Shown: positions 39,338 to 50,106 of the stretch, in pieces | Numbering within the stretch: position 1 is the first letter of the stretch | Layout of the letters: each line of letters begins with the position of its first letter | Source of the DNA: a virus | Strand: one strand, 5' to 3' | Virus record (IMG/VR): IMGVR_UViG_3300043539_002606 | Coordinates: 19,607-83,606 of that record | Length of the DNA: 64,000 bases | Translations under genes and position numbers: made by a program | The notes under the pieces: generated by a model | Told to the model about the DNA's origin: nothing | Database searches by the model: none | The model's input: the letters and a program-made list of their open reading frames with translations, nothing else

Positions 39338-40809
39338 TATAGTTGAATTATGATTTTGATTTCTTCGTTTTGACCTTGTTCGCGAGTAACCGCACCTCTA
39401 TTATCTATAAAGAGAATTTCACCAGTAGCTGTATTAAATAGATTGCTACTATCGTTTAGATCATATTGGTTTGAGGCGAGAGTTATATTAGAAGTTATAT
39501 TAATATATGATGGAGCAACAAGAGTTAATGATGCAGTATCGTCAATATTAAATAAACCAGCTTGAATACTATTACGATAATAATAATGCCATACACCATC
39601 TTTAAATTCAACAGCACTAATTGTCGCAATATCGTATGTGCCTTGTTGAATTTTCCAATCAGCATCAACATCAAAACCATCAACAGTTAATCTAACATTG
39701 GCTGGTTTTCCATTTCCAGTTGTAGAAAATGATTTATGAATACGATCATATGTTGCATCGATCATGCTGCTATTATTATTTCTCTTTGGATTTTTAATAA
39801 TTGAGATTTGTCGATACGTAGTTCCACTTGGTACGAATTGTGCATTAATAGTATCAGCTCCAACACCAACATACCAACTTGGCAATGTTGTTTGAATATT
39901 ATTCTCATAGCCATTACTTGGTGCAACAATTGGAACAATACGCGTTGATGTATAACCTGCTGTTGTTATTCTTGCAGTAACATTTGAAAAGAGTTTATAT
40001 GTTGTACCACTGGTAATATCAGCATTTAGAGTTACTTTGACAATTTTTCCATTTACTATTTTAAGTAAAGCTGGAACGTCGGATAATGTTGTTTTAACAC
40101 CATTTTTTAAACCTTTGATTTCTATTGTAACAGCAACAGAATCGGCATTTGTTAAACTAACACCTCCATTAATAACATGAAAGCCATGAATAAGTCCTTC
40201 AGATACTGCTGAAGAAATAGTTTGTTCAAAATCATATGCAACAAATGCTCCGTTATTTACTGCAGTAGCTGTTGGCGAATAACGACCCATATAAAGCCAA
40301 GTATAACCATCTTGCGAATAAGAATAAAGACCCGGAACTGCAGCAGTAGGTGAACCAATACGCCCGTAGCTATAACTTGCTACCGTTGCAGCATGAGTTT
40401 TAGCTACGCATAAAAACACGTGATCGCCTGTTCCACCACCAACTGTGTCTAGTCGTGATATCACAAAGCATGGAAATTCACTAGAGCTAGCATAAAAACA
40501 TGTAGGATCATATGGGTTATAAACTTTATAACTACGATCTGCTTGAATTATGTGTTTTGGCAACATTGTAGAAATGCTACTGCCCAATACTTTAAATAAG
40601 GCAGAAATATTATTTCTTACTTCAGTTGCGTCTCCTGGTGTGCCAGCTGGAAATGGACTAGATGGAACCGTTTGATCAGGGTTTAATTCTGACCAAGCAT
40701 CTTGTTTACCAATGCTAATATAATAATTGTTATTAGCATTATTCTTAATATCATCAAATAGTCTTTTTCTAGAATTGATTCTAAATTGTTCTGTTATAAT
40801 CGCTGCCAT
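39337..40809 (-). CDS. gp8: Baseplate wedge subunit
   Basis: MAAIITEQFRI, YYISIGKQDAW, DGYTWLYM, YRQISIIKNP, GEILFIDNR..VTR..GQNEEIKIIIQL. Confidence 0.85.
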   Translation of the reverse strand: MAAIITEQFRINSRKRLFDDIKNNANNNYYISIGKQDAWSELNPDQTVPSSPFPAGTPGDATEVRNNISALFKVLGSSISTMLPKHIIQADRSYKVYNPYDPTCFYASSSEFPCFVISRLDTVGGGTGDHVFLCVAKTHAATVASYSYGRIGSPTAAVPGLYSYSQDGYTWLYMGRYSPTATAVNNGAFVAYDFEQTISSAVSEGLIHGFHVINGGVSLTNADSVAVTIEIKGLKNGVKTTLSDVPALLKIVNGKIVKVTLNADITSGTTYKLFSNVTARITTAGYTSTRIVPIVAPSNGYENNIQTTLPSWYVGVGADTINAQFVPSGTTYRQISIIKNPKRNNNSSMIDATYDRIHKSFSTTGNGKPANVRLTVDGFDVDADWKIQQGTYDIATISAVEFKDGVWHYYYRNSIQAGLFNIDDTASLTLVAPSYINITSNITLASNQYDLNDSSNLFNTATGEILFIDNRGAVTREQGQNEEIKIIIQL

Positions 40810-40836
40810 GGTTATTTGTATTTATATTGATTTGTT

Positions 40837-42144
40837 TTAAAAAATAATTGCTCCTTCATCGCTAATAGCAGAAGCTTCATTATCGTTGTTATAGTTTTGT
40901 GATGTTCCGAGCTGATCATAACCTGAATTATAATTGCCATCAAATACAAAATATGAATTTAGACTATTGAATTGTGGGCCAGAACCTGTTATTGGTGGAT
41001 TTGCAATTGCATCTGATAATGTCAAATCTCCATATTCAGCAAGACTTGCGCTATCAATTGTTTTATCATAACCGTTCCAACCTTCTCTAAAGATTGACAG
41101 CGGTGTATTTTGATTTGTATTAGTTATGCCATATGTTGTATAAAATGCTCTAAGAGCTTCATCAAAAACATATGAGCCATTATTACTTCTAATTGGTCTT
41201 AGATTTCTAATAAAATGATAACCACCATCAGGCAGCAATGATAGGATTGTAATAAAGTCGTAGATATATGCTGCACTTTGATTTGTCGGCGTATGCTTGC
41301 CTCTAGCAGATTCCCAGTTAATACTACGCCAACAGTTATCATCAACTATAGGATCTATTTTATCAAGATTTAAATCCAATTCAATGAAATAATAATAATC
41401 TTCGCCGTTTTCGAAATAATAATAGTCATTATCTGGACCAGCATAAGCATTATCTCTAGATATATTTGGAGTTTCTGACCAATCAATATTCAAACAACCA
41501 ATATTTGTCCAATCATTATTATTCGCAAGCTCAAGTACAATTGTTGCAAAAAACTTTAAACCAGCTGGGTGAATGTATTTTGCATATTCTAGACCCCATT
41601 CACTTTTATCCAATTGGGTATAAATGACATATGAATAGTTTTGCCAGCGTTGATTATCATTTAAACGATAAACGTCAGATGTCTTTGATCGGTTAATATC
41701 ACTTGTTGTAAACAAAAAGTTTTTAGGATAAAACAGACTAACGATTTCATTGAAAAACAATCGAAAGAAACTAAAGATACTCTCTTCACTGCCACGATTT
41801 GTATAATAGTTTGCAATAATCTTGTAAAGACGCACTCGGTCAATAGATTGACTTGGCGGTATATAAGAGCCAATAAGTCTTTCAATAGCATCAAGATAAC
41901 GATCATCTGTCGTCATATCAATGTCATGATTTCGAGTAATATTGCTTATCTCAAAACTTGCTCCGCTTGAATTATTGTCAACTCCAGTATATTTCTTATT
42001 AAGAAATCGATAATAAGCTTCAAGCAATTTCACTAATTCACCTGCTTCATTTTCAAAATGATGCGGCAAACTGCTTAAAGCCTTTGCTGGCTCAACAATT
42101 TCAGAATATTCGATACGCGCGTTGGCTGTTACTAATTCACTCAT
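40837..42144 (-). CDS. Baseplate wedge subunit (compact gp7-like)
   Basis: LLEAYYRFL, YYTNRGSEES..FFRLFFNE, WQNYSYVI, IHPAGLKFF; lies between gp6 and gp8. Confidence 0.75.
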   Translation of the reverse strand: MSELVTANARIEYSEIVEPAKALSSLPHHFENEAGELVKLLEAYYRFLNKKYTGVDNNSSGASFEISNITRNHDIDMTTDDRYLDAIERLIGSYIPPSQSIDRVRLYKIIANYYTNRGSEESIFSFFRLFFNEIVSLFYPKNFLFTTSDINRSKTSDVYRLNDNQRWQNYSYVIYTQLDKSEWGLEYAKYIHPAGLKFFATIVLELANNNDWTNIGCLNIDWSETPNISRDNAYAGPDNDYYYFENGEDYYYFIELDLNLDKIDPIVDDNCWRSINWESARGKHTPTNQSAAYIYDFITILSLLPDGGYHFIRNLRPIRSNNGSYVFDEALRAFYTTYGITNTNQNTPLSIFREGWNGYDKTIDSASLAEYGDLTLSDAIANPPITGSGPQFNSLNSYFVFDGNYNSGYDQLGTSQNYNNDNEASAISDEGAIIF

Positions 42145-44063
42145 CTATCTTTAGGAAATGTTTTATAATCAACACTACGACTATTACCACCTCTAGCAAT
42201 TTCATCAACAAATACATTGGTTGTTGAAAGAGATTCATTGATCTGCAATAGTGTATTTCTTTTTGCTATGACGTCATTTGAAAAGCTATTAACAATAAAG
42301 TTAAATGTTACATTGCTATCACTATAAAGAGTGTTAAGAGTCATTATGCCAGTTTCAATGTTAAAAGTTCCAACATCTGCATATTTTACTTGCTTATTAT
42401 CTCTGATATAATAGCTATAGATTTTTATAATCTTTTTGTCAGATGTTTGCTCTTCATTAAAATAAAGTTCAAGATCACCTAAAACCCATGGCACATCGCT
42501 AACAATGTTAACAAAAACTTTGCCATCATCGGTCGCACAGCGTGCACCAAAATTCAAAGAAACGTTATTAACTCCAGTATCATTTAACGTAAATGATTGA
42601 CTAAGATAGACACGAACAAGGCTGTTTAATATGGAATTAGAACTATCTTCAATTGCTCTCACAAATTGGCTATGTCTAAAAACACTATTAAATTCATTGA
42701 TGCGATTAACATTATAGCTTGTTATGACATCATCAATTCGCGATGCAATAGCTGATTGAGATAGTGACGTGATATTTGGATTATATTTTACCAAAATATC
42801 CAATACAATATTGCATGTATTAGGATCAATTATTTCTGGAAAAATACTCAATACCTTTTTAGATTGCAAATAGTCAAGTATATCTGCTTTATCAGAATCG
42901 CTAAGAGTTGTGATTACTGACGCATTCTCGACTGTTTGAATCTTATTAGCGCTAATAAAAACTTTACCATAGACTGGAGGCACATTATCTTCTCCACCCC
43001 AAACGCTTAGGCTATTGATATAACCAAATTGGGCTTTAATTAGATTGGTATAGTCATCGCTTGTAACTGCACGATTTTGGGTAGCAAAACTTGATATTGC
43101 ATTATTTTTTAGTGCAGATATACTTTCTTTTTCTTGACCACCGCTTGAACGGCCTAAAACACTTAGCGAACCTATCGTTATATTGCCAATTGTATTTGGA
43201 TTTGAAACAATCAGATTCTGATTAATAAGCGTTCTACAATTATTTGCAACTACACCATTTGTAACAATATATTCAAGTCGAATGATATCGCCTGATTCTA
43301 GTTTTTTTCCAAAGACTCCATCACCAAAACTAATTTCATATTTTCCAAAAATGTTTTCAGTAATGAAATATACAGCAGTTTTATCAGTTACATTTGAACT
43401 GCTATTAAACTGCTGAAATAATAAATTACTCGTGAAACCAGCGGAACCTGATGATTCTACTCGCACCTTTAGTGAAGAAATATCAATGTTCTCGTCAGTT
43501 ATTTCATAGGTTGCGCTTGAATCATATGCAAGAGCTGAATATGATCGTGTTACTAAACTTCCTTCATGAGCAATAACATTGGTTGCGACATAGTTATCTC
43601 CAGTTAGTGTTAATACTACATCTTCAAGTAGAGTAAAATTATAATCGCCTGAATCATTTTGAGCACGCACAGTTGAAGTTGTATTATTAACTACACCTCC
43701 GCTAATTGTTATTTGTTGATCTGGATCAGTAGCATTAGGATTTTTAGGTATGCTAATATTGAATGTTATTTCTGATGAACTACGACTACGCGGTATATAA
43801 CCTAATAGTTTGGCTGCTGATACAACACTGCTTCTTAATTGTGCGCTATCAATGAAACTTTCATTAACTGCCATATGAGCAAGCATCGCATTATAGTGTG
43901 TATTATATGCAAGCACATCGATTATTGTATTAAGATTGCTGCCTTCAAAATCCCAATCCGAAAATCGACCATTTTCATCATTTTTGAAATAGTTAATAAG
44001 ATTGGTTTTGATTTGATCAAAATCAAGAGTTGTAACATCGATCTGTTTGCCTAGATTTGCCAT
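42141..44063 (-). CDS. gp6: Baseplate wedge subunit
   Basis: LDFDQIK, DFEGSNL..IIDVLAYNTHYNA, FGDGVFGK, QNRAVTSDDY, WGGEDNVPPVYGKVFIS. Confidence 0.95.
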   Translation of the reverse strand: MANLGKQIDVTTLDFDQIKTNLINYFKNDENGRFSDWDFEGSNLNTIIDVLAYNTHYNAMLAHMAVNESFIDSAQLRSSVVSAAKLLGYIPRSRSSSEITFNISIPKNPNATDPDQQITISGGVVNNTTSTVRAQNDSGDYNFTLLEDVVLTLTGDNYVATNVIAHEGSLVTRSYSALAYDSSATYEITDENIDISSLKVRVESSGSAGFTSNLLFQQFNSSSNVTDKTAVYFITENIFGKYEISFGDGVFGKKLESGDIIRLEYIVTNGVVANNCRTLINQNLIVSNPNTIGNITIGSLSVLGRSSGGQEKESISALKNNAISSFATQNRAVTSDDYTNLIKAQFGYINSLSVWGGEDNVPPVYGKVFISANKIQTVENASVITTLSDSDKADILDYLQSKKVLSIFPEIIDPNTCNIVLDILVKYNPNITSLSQSAIASRIDDVITSYNVNRINEFNSVFRHSQFVRAIEDSSNSILNSLVRVYLSQSFTLNDTGVNNVSLNFGARCATDDGKVFVNIVSDVPWVLGDLELYFNEEQTSDKKIIKIYSYYIRDNKQVKYADVGTFNIETGIMTLNTLYSDSNVTFNFIVNSFSNDVIAKRNTLLQINESLSTTNVFVDEIARGGNSRSVDYKTFPKDR

Positions 44064-44500
44064 TATCGTATTTTGTTAAGTATAAATTTAATTTCTCCAG
44101 TTTGGGAATATTTAGTTTGAAAAAAGATGCTAATGTTATAACTATTGCCATCATAATCTGCAACGGTCTTTACATTAAAGTCTGAAACTCGAGGCTCAAA
44201 GTTTCTAATGCCATTTTCAATTTCAAGCGTAATTTGACGTTGTGTTATAATGTCAATATTTTCAAATAGCAGACTCGTCACACGTGTGCCAAACTCTGGA
44301 TTAAATGGTCGCGTACCGACTTCGGTCAAAACAATGTTTTTAACACTATTTTTAATAGCATCAATATCACTTGCTACCATAACATCACCTGTTGCTGGAT
44401 GTATAAAACGAGTGTGAACATCACGATATATGTCAGCCGCAGCAATAACTGGTCGATATTGTTCTGTGTTATAATCGTTAAGATTAAGAGCTCTACTCAT
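44063..44500 (-). CDS. gp25: Baseplate wedge subunit
   Basis: AIKNSVKNIVLT..GTRPFNPEFG...LLFEN...IRNFEPRV; ATG at 44500. Confidence 0.92.
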   Translation of the reverse strand: MSRALNLNDYNTEQYRPVIAAADIYRDVHTRFIHPATGDVMVASDIDAIKNSVKNIVLTEVGTRPFNPEFGTRVTSLLFENIDIITQRQITLEIENGIRNFEPRVSDFNVKTVADYDGNSYNISIFFQTKYSQTGEIKFILNKIR

Positions 44501-44533
44501 CAAATCTATTTATACACAATCTTGGGAACTATT

Positions 44534-46075
44534 TTATGCGAATAGCTCCTGAGCCTTTAGATACTTCTTACTAGTCTTTGTGCCAAGTTCAACCATATAA
44601 ATTTGAACTTGAGAAGTATTTGAATTTTTATATTTTGAAGCATCTTCTGGTTTTTCAATATAAACATCAAGTCTATCCCATGTTTTTTGACTAACTGGAC
44701 CATAATCTACAATCGTAACAATGCCTGTTGGATTTAATCCTGCTGGATCATATATCGAACCATCATTATTTTTTAATTGTAGTTTTGTTCCACCTGGCCA
44801 ACGAGCCGATGCACATGAATATCCACTAATTAATTTTCCAAAAGCGCCATTTGATGTATCGGAAAGCTTTAATGTTCCAGGCTTATATCCCTGTCGCTCT
44901 AGACTAGCTAAACCTGCACTAATACGTGAAGGACTATATTTTGCAATAAGATCTGGTCGTTTTTCTCTTTCGCTTGGTGCTAGATCAAGGAATGTTGTAA
45001 AATCCCAACTAGGATCACCATAGATTGTAATGCCAGATGAAACGCGTTGACCATATTGTGTATTATTCTTTTGAATAGTCCAATCACGCAACGTCTTATG
45101 TTCAGTTTCAGCAATTGTTATAGATTCTTGAGCTTTTTGTTTATAAAACTCACGAGTCTCTGGAGACCATTCATAGCTATATTCAGCTATTTTTCGATCA
45201 ATTTCACCTTGGAAAAGTGCACGTAATTTACCAACCTCGTCATCTGTTGCAGTGCCATAGCGATTAACAACTGCACGTGAAAAATTCTGCAAAGGATTTA
45301 ATGCCGCATTTACTGCTGGTATAGTTTGAGGCATATTTGCAGCTAATCTATTTGGCACAAAATCAATTACATTTGTTATTTCATAGCCGATGCGAGATAT
45401 GACATCTTCGTATTTTTGTTTCTTTTCAATTGATGCACTATCAACTTCAACAATAGTACCAAAGTCGGGCAAAGCTTCAGGCTTCATATTTTTAACGCCG
45501 CTCGGCATGGGACCTCCTCCAAGACCCATCATAGTGCATATATTTAGATTATCGATATTAGCCAAAATCTCATTAAGATTGCTAATTGTGCTGCCATATT
45601 TTTCTTGTATCTGACGGAATATTTCACTGCGTTCCAATATGCCTGCTTCTTTTGCAAGTATGAGAAGTTCTAAAAATGATTTATCAAGCAGCGCTTGTGC
45701 AAAGGCAATATAACCATTGACTGTATTAATCAAGCTTATGACAGATGATACAGTCGCAAGTGCTGTGGCTACATTGCTATTTGCTAATAACAATGACGTC
45801 AATTTTTTTGTTAACCGATCAATAATGATATCATCAATATTCTTAATGCAATCTGACAATCGTGTAACAGCACTAAAATTTAGACTTTCACCACCTAGCA
45901 CTTGGCTAACATCAGCTTGAATTTTACCAATGCGTATAAGATCAGCGCTATCAATTGCGCTGCTAATATCTGCTTGACTAAGCAATCGATTTGCAGTTAG
46001 TTCATCAATTGGATTATTTGATTGCAATGAACCCAATGCTTGTTGTATTTTCGCTAGATCTTCTATATTTGACAT
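44534..46075 (-). CDS. Baseplate-region protein with a C-terminal 3D/DPBB-like putative cell-wall hydrolase domain
   Basis: Helical N-terminus; C-terminal ITIYG...CAS..WPGGT.LQL...IVDYGP......RLDVY. Confidence 0.5.
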   Translation of the reverse strand: MSNIEDLAKIQQALGSLQSNNPIDELTANRLLSQADISSAIDSADLIRIGKIQADVSQVLGGESLNFSAVTRLSDCIKNIDDIIIDRLTKKLTSLLLANSNVATALATVSSVISLINTVNGYIAFAQALLDKSFLELLILAKEAGILERSEIFRQIQEKYGSTISNLNEILANIDNLNICTMMGLGGGPMPSGVKNMKPEALPDFGTIVEVDSASIEKKQKYEDVISRIGYEITNVIDFVPNRLAANMPQTIPAVNAALNPLQNFSRAVVNRYGTATDDEVGKLRALFQGEIDRKIAEYSYEWSPETREFYKQKAQESITIAETEHKTLRDWTIQKNNTQYGQRVSSGITIYGDPSWDFTTFLDLAPSEREKRPDLIAKYSPSRISAGLASLERQGYKPGTLKLSDTSNGAFGKLISGYSCASARWPGGTKLQLKNNDGSIYDPAGLNPTGIVTIVDYGPVSQKTWDRLDVYIEKPEDASKYKNSNTSQVQIYMVELGTKTSKKYLKAQELFA

Positions 46076-46084
46076 AACTTAAGT

Positions 46085-46903
46085 TTATGGTATAGGTGTG
46101 CTAGTAGGAGAACCTGGTGTAGCACTAATATGTTTATGAGTGATAAGAGAAATTAGACCAGCTACAAAATTTTCTCCACTAACTACACCAGTTGTTGTTA
46201 TAACTGGTGAATCAATTGTTGTAATTGGGCTGGTATTATTAATAAACCCAACACTTTGTAAATTTATACTATTTGATCCTGCCAGATTTAAGAGTGTGCC
46301 ACTGATTGTTGTAGAAATGCCTGATGCCATACTAATAATTCCTGCAGCACCACATACAAAATTATTTCCTAAGAAGCTTGTTGTTTGTGCATTAACAGTA
46401 AAATCTTGTGCTACACGACAATCATAGGCTCCGCCGCAACGAGTCACCATATCACCAACGCTGTGATTTTGTAATTGACTGCCGCTGTTATGAATAATAT
46501 CTCCATTTGTTGTTTCAGTAACATATGCGCCATCGCATTTTTGGACAATATTGCCTTTAACACTTACGTTCATATCCTTTAATACTGTTAGGTTATAGTT
46601 ACCACCAACAGTAGTATTGCAATCTCCATTTACAACAATATTAACTGCTCCAGTTACAGTGACACTGTCATTTCCAATAACCATTTTATAGTTATCGCCA
46701 TATACAACAATATCACAACTATCATTTGTCCAAATTTCACGAGTGCCATTAGGATGACAACGTACTCTGCGTTCTGCCCCAAGTGTATCATCAAGTTCAT
46801 CAATGTGTCCACCAATTGTTTGTGAAATTTTTACTAAACCATCAATCGAACTATTCGAATAGGTCGGCGCTGAAAAATTTTGATTCGAAATCTTATTATT
46901 CAT
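46085..46903 (-). CDS. Baseplate spike, gp5 C-terminal beta-helix part
   Basis: GHIDELDDTLGAER..CHPNGT, V.GN/V.GD 8-residue repeats, terminal ISLITHKH. Confidence 0.85.
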   Translation of the reverse strand: MNNKISNQNFSAPTYSNSSIDGLVKISQTIGGHIDELDDTLGAERRVRCHPNGTREIWTNDSCDIVVYGDNYKMVIGNDSVTVTGAVNIVVNGDCNTTVGGNYNLTVLKDMNVSVKGNIVQKCDGAYVTETTNGDIIHNSGSQLQNHSVGDMVTRCGGAYDCRVAQDFTVNAQTTSFLGNNFVCGAAGIISMASGISTTISGTLLNLAGSNSINLQSVGFINNTSPITTIDSPVITTTGVVSGENFVAGLISLITHKHISATPGSPTSTPIP

Positions 46904-46913
46904 ATTCTATATA

Positions 46914-47882
46914 TTAGCTAACAACGCGAACCATAAATTTTACACCGGATAATTGGCGATTGCTTTGCAAAGCAATTTTTCCACCTGCCGTATTACCGTC
47001 AATCGTTTGAAACGTACTTTCACCTGGAGTAGATTTAGTTACAATACCAACGTGACTCCAACTAAAGACTACAATATCTCCAGGTTTTACATCGCGTGGA
47101 TTATATTCAAGCGCGACACGACTGCTTACATTACTCTGTCTTGCCCAATTATCAAATCCAAATGCATCTGCATTTTTTGGTCGAGAATTTTCATCAAATA
47201 AACCAGATTGTTGTATGCACCAACAAACAAATGCTGCACACCACGGCTCGCGGCTTGCAGCACCTGTTGGATAATTCGTTGCTTTAAAATATTCAGAGAT
47301 TGCTCCTGGATTTGTTGCATATGTCACGTTTCTGCTAAGTTGACTAAAAGCAGGTTGTATGATACGATTAGCAATTGTTTGATTATAAGAGTTTCCAGGC
47401 AATGTTTGATTAAACTCTTTTAATAGACCGCTGCCGTGAGCTGCAGTAAATGGTATATAACCTCCGCCAGCACTAACTCCTATACTATTTGATCCAACGT
47501 TTATTGGACCAGCATAGCTATTTGCTGGTGGCATAGAATTGCTATAGCCAGTTTGGTTAAAAATTGGGTTATATGCAGCATTTTTAGTTTGATTCCATTC
47601 GCCTTCATAGACTCCGATTACAACAGCATCTTGCATATCAGCGCTATCTCTAAAAAAACCAAATGCGCATCTGCCTATTAAACTAGAAATACTACTAGAA
47701 TTTGTTAGCAATACTGTAACAGGCAACAATAGAGTTGCCCATGGCAAATCAGACGTAAGAATCTCGGCTGATCCATTTGAATCTACTTCAAAACTGTGTA
47801 AACCAAACATACGCACTCGCACGCGTTTATTTGTCGTATCACAATCTTCAATTATACCTGTAAACCAATTATCTATTTTCAT
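46914..47882 (-). CDS. gp5 N-terminal OB-fold fused to a CHAP amidase/peptidase domain
   Basis: WFTGIIED...RVRVRMFGLH...LPWA...FGFFRD; then PWCAAFVCW...PGDIVVF..SHVGIV...TIDGNT. Confidence 0.85.
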   Translation of the reverse strand: MKIDNWFTGIIEDCDTTNKRVRVRMFGLHSFEVDSNGSAEILTSDLPWATLLLPVTVLLTNSSSISSLIGRCAFGFFRDSADMQDAVVIGVYEGEWNQTKNAAYNPIFNQTGYSNSMPPANSYAGPINVGSNSIGVSAGGGYIPFTAAHGSGLLKEFNQTLPGNSYNQTIANRIIQPAFSQLSRNVTYATNPGAISEYFKATNYPTGAASREPWCAAFVCWCIQQSGLFDENSRPKNADAFGFDNWARQSNVSSRVALEYNPRDVKPGDIVVFSWSHVGIVTKSTPGESTFQTIDGNTAGGKIALQSNRQLSGVKFMVRVVS

Positions 47883-47883
47883 T

Positions 47884-49335
47884 TTATACCTTTGGTAATT
47901 GCACAAGTTTTAAGCGGTTAATATATCGACCATCTACAAAACTATGAACACTAGCAATAATTATATAGAGACTATTTCTAGTAGAGCTCTCAGAATCTTC
48001 ATCAACTATAAGATCTATTATTTTTCCGGGATTTAGATTAATATCACCATAAACAACAATCTCACTCTGTTCGTTTGCTATTTTTGCTGTAAAAAATCGA
48101 ACTGCACGACTATGCCAATTTTTAATTTGAACAGTATCATTTAGTCCATTTGGTCCATCATATAGCGGCAAAGGTCTATTCGAAATTATTGCGGGCTGAG
48201 ATATCGATATATCATCAGCACTTAATTTCAAAGTCTTAATATAATCTTCTCTTAATTTTTTATTTCGATCAAAGCTTTCTGAATATTCAACCTCATTTGG
48301 TGTTTGTCCTAGTGTATCTTTAAGAGCAGGAACATATGGATCAATTTTTTTATCGTCATAGTCAAAATAACCAGTATAGTTAATTGTCTTAACTATCGTA
48401 TCATATTCACCCTGTAAAAACTTATTTAATTCGTTTTTTGTTACACCTGCGGTGAATTCCAATATTCTTTGTTTTTCAGATTCATAGCGTTTATCATCAT
48501 TCGTATAACTGCCATTATCGTTATTATACTTTTTTACAAACTTTCTATAAACACTATTATGTTTTTTGTCAATAAGCCAATTCCAACTTCTAGCCATTAT
48601 CTTTCTAATGGGTGAATCAGGCAATTTAGCTAAATCACTAAATATTCCATATATGAAAAATGGAGATTTATCTCCATCAAAGGACTTTGTTCGTAACCAT
48701 TCTATGGCTTGAAGTGGAGTGCAATATGGTATAACACCTCTTATTTTACTATCGCAGTTTGTTCTTGAATGTGTAGTAGAATAATCAAATTCTTTATCGT
48801 TTAATTTCAGATATTTTTTAAAAATCAAATCGACGTGTTCAATGGTATTTTTATTTCTTTTAGATACATTATGTGGTTGACCAACCGCAAATGATATTTG
48901 TTGTAAACGACTAAGCACAGCAAAGTCATCAACAGCAGTAATAACAAAAACTCCAGTATACACACCCTCGCTATCTAATTCAAAATCTCCATATTCACGA
49001 ACACTTAGTTGAAATTTTATAGTTTGATTTCCTTTAGAATCAATAAATTTTACACTTATCTCCAGAACCTCATGTCCTTGAAAAACATCTGGATTGCTTT
49101 TGAAAATTTTATTGTCTGCATTTGCAGTATCGCTGACTGTTAATTTAGCTACCATTACTGGAGAAAATAATTCTTCAGTAAATGATATATCCGTAATTAG
49201 TTCAGTAATGTTTAAGTCATTAGCAAGATCATCACGTCTTATAACTACGTTTTGTAGTTCATATGTGCCTGGTACAAGAGGTTTACCTTCGGCGTTAAGA
49301 ACCTTTGGACTATTTTTGGTATATTTCTCAGCCAT
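47884..49335 (-). CDS. Putative baseplate hub protein (gp27-like position)
   Basis: Lies between gp53 and gp5; C-terminal VYGDINLNPGKIIDL...YIIIASVHSF as in hub proteins. Confidence 0.6.
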   Translation of the reverse strand: MAEKYTKNSPKVLNAEGKPLVPGTYELQNVVIRRDDLANDLNITELITDISFTEELFSPVMVAKLTVSDTANADNKIFKSNPDVFQGHEVLEISVKFIDSKGNQTIKFQLSVREYGDFELDSEGVYTGVFVITAVDDFAVLSRLQQISFAVGQPHNVSKRNKNTIEHVDLIFKKYLKLNDKEFDYSTTHSRTNCDSKIRGVIPYCTPLQAIEWLRTKSFDGDKSPFFIYGIFSDLAKLPDSPIRKIMARSWNWLIDKKHNSVYRKFVKKYNNDNGSYTNDDKRYESEKQRILEFTAGVTKNELNKFLQGEYDTIVKTINYTGYFDYDDKKIDPYVPALKDTLGQTPNEVEYSESFDRNKKLREDYIKTLKLSADDISISQPAIISNRPLPLYDGPNGLNDTVQIKNWHSRAVRFFTAKIANEQSEIVVYGDINLNPGKIIDLIVDEDSESSTRNSLYIIIASVHSFVDGRYINRLKLVQLPKV

Positions 49336-50104
49336 CGTTTAGTATCTGAAAATATTGTTGTGAAACTCTTTCTGCATCTGAACTGTTCAAAACACGAATG
49401 AATTTTTTATTCTCATTTCTATCTATCTCATATTGTTCAAAACTGGTTGCAGTTTGTATATCATCGCCATTTATTAGTGCATCACGATATGATTTGAAAT
49501 TATAGGAATAAGCCGCATTTTTCATGAGATAGCGACAATTATCTGGATTGACCGCTAATTCTATTAACTGTCCAATCTGAGCTCCACTTTCATCAGATAA
49601 TTTAACATAGATCATTTCAAGACCACTCATCCACTCAGTGTCATTTTGTTTCTGACTAATGATAAATGCTCTGCGCGAGTAATCAAATTGGTGCAATACA
49701 ATATCCAATGCGGCGCCAGCTTCCTCTAGATAAAACGTCACATTTGCTGCACTATTGAAATCAATATCATAAACATCTTCATTGGCAAGAGCAAGAAAAC
49801 TATATGAGCCATATTTACTTTCAACTAATCGCTCAAGTTCAATATCACTGCATGGCCAACCCTTTTTCAAATCAGGATTTAGCAGATATAGGATCCAATG
49901 TTTCGTTGAGTCACCATATAGCTTATATGCCAGATTATCTGGTGTTTCACCGTCTCCAATATAATATTTGTCATAGCGCACAACATCTCCAATGTCTTTG
50001 AACTGTATGCTACGCGTAATATCAGTTATAGCTCTTTCTGATTTGAAATCTTTAGTTTCAAAATTATAAATTGCTCCAGTAAAATTTCTAAAAAAACCTT
50101 TCAT
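49328..50104 (-). CDS. gp53: Baseplate wedge subunit
   Basis: Y.IGDGETPDNLAYKLYGDS..HWILYLLN...WP; YE...NE.K..IRVL. Confidence 0.88.
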   Translation of the reverse strand: MKGFFRNFTGAIYNFETKDFKSERAITDITRSIQFKDIGDVVRYDKYYIGDGETPDNLAYKLYGDSTKHWILYLLNPDLKKGWPCSDIELERLVESKYGSYSFLALANEDVYDIDFNSAANVTFYLEEAGAALDIVLHQFDYSRRAFIISQKQNDTEWMSGLEMIYVKLSDESGAQIGQLIELAVNPDNCRYLMKNAAYSYNFKSYRDALINGDDIQTATSFEQYEIDRNENKKFIRVLNSSDAERVSQQYFQILNDG

Positions 50105-50106
50105 AT

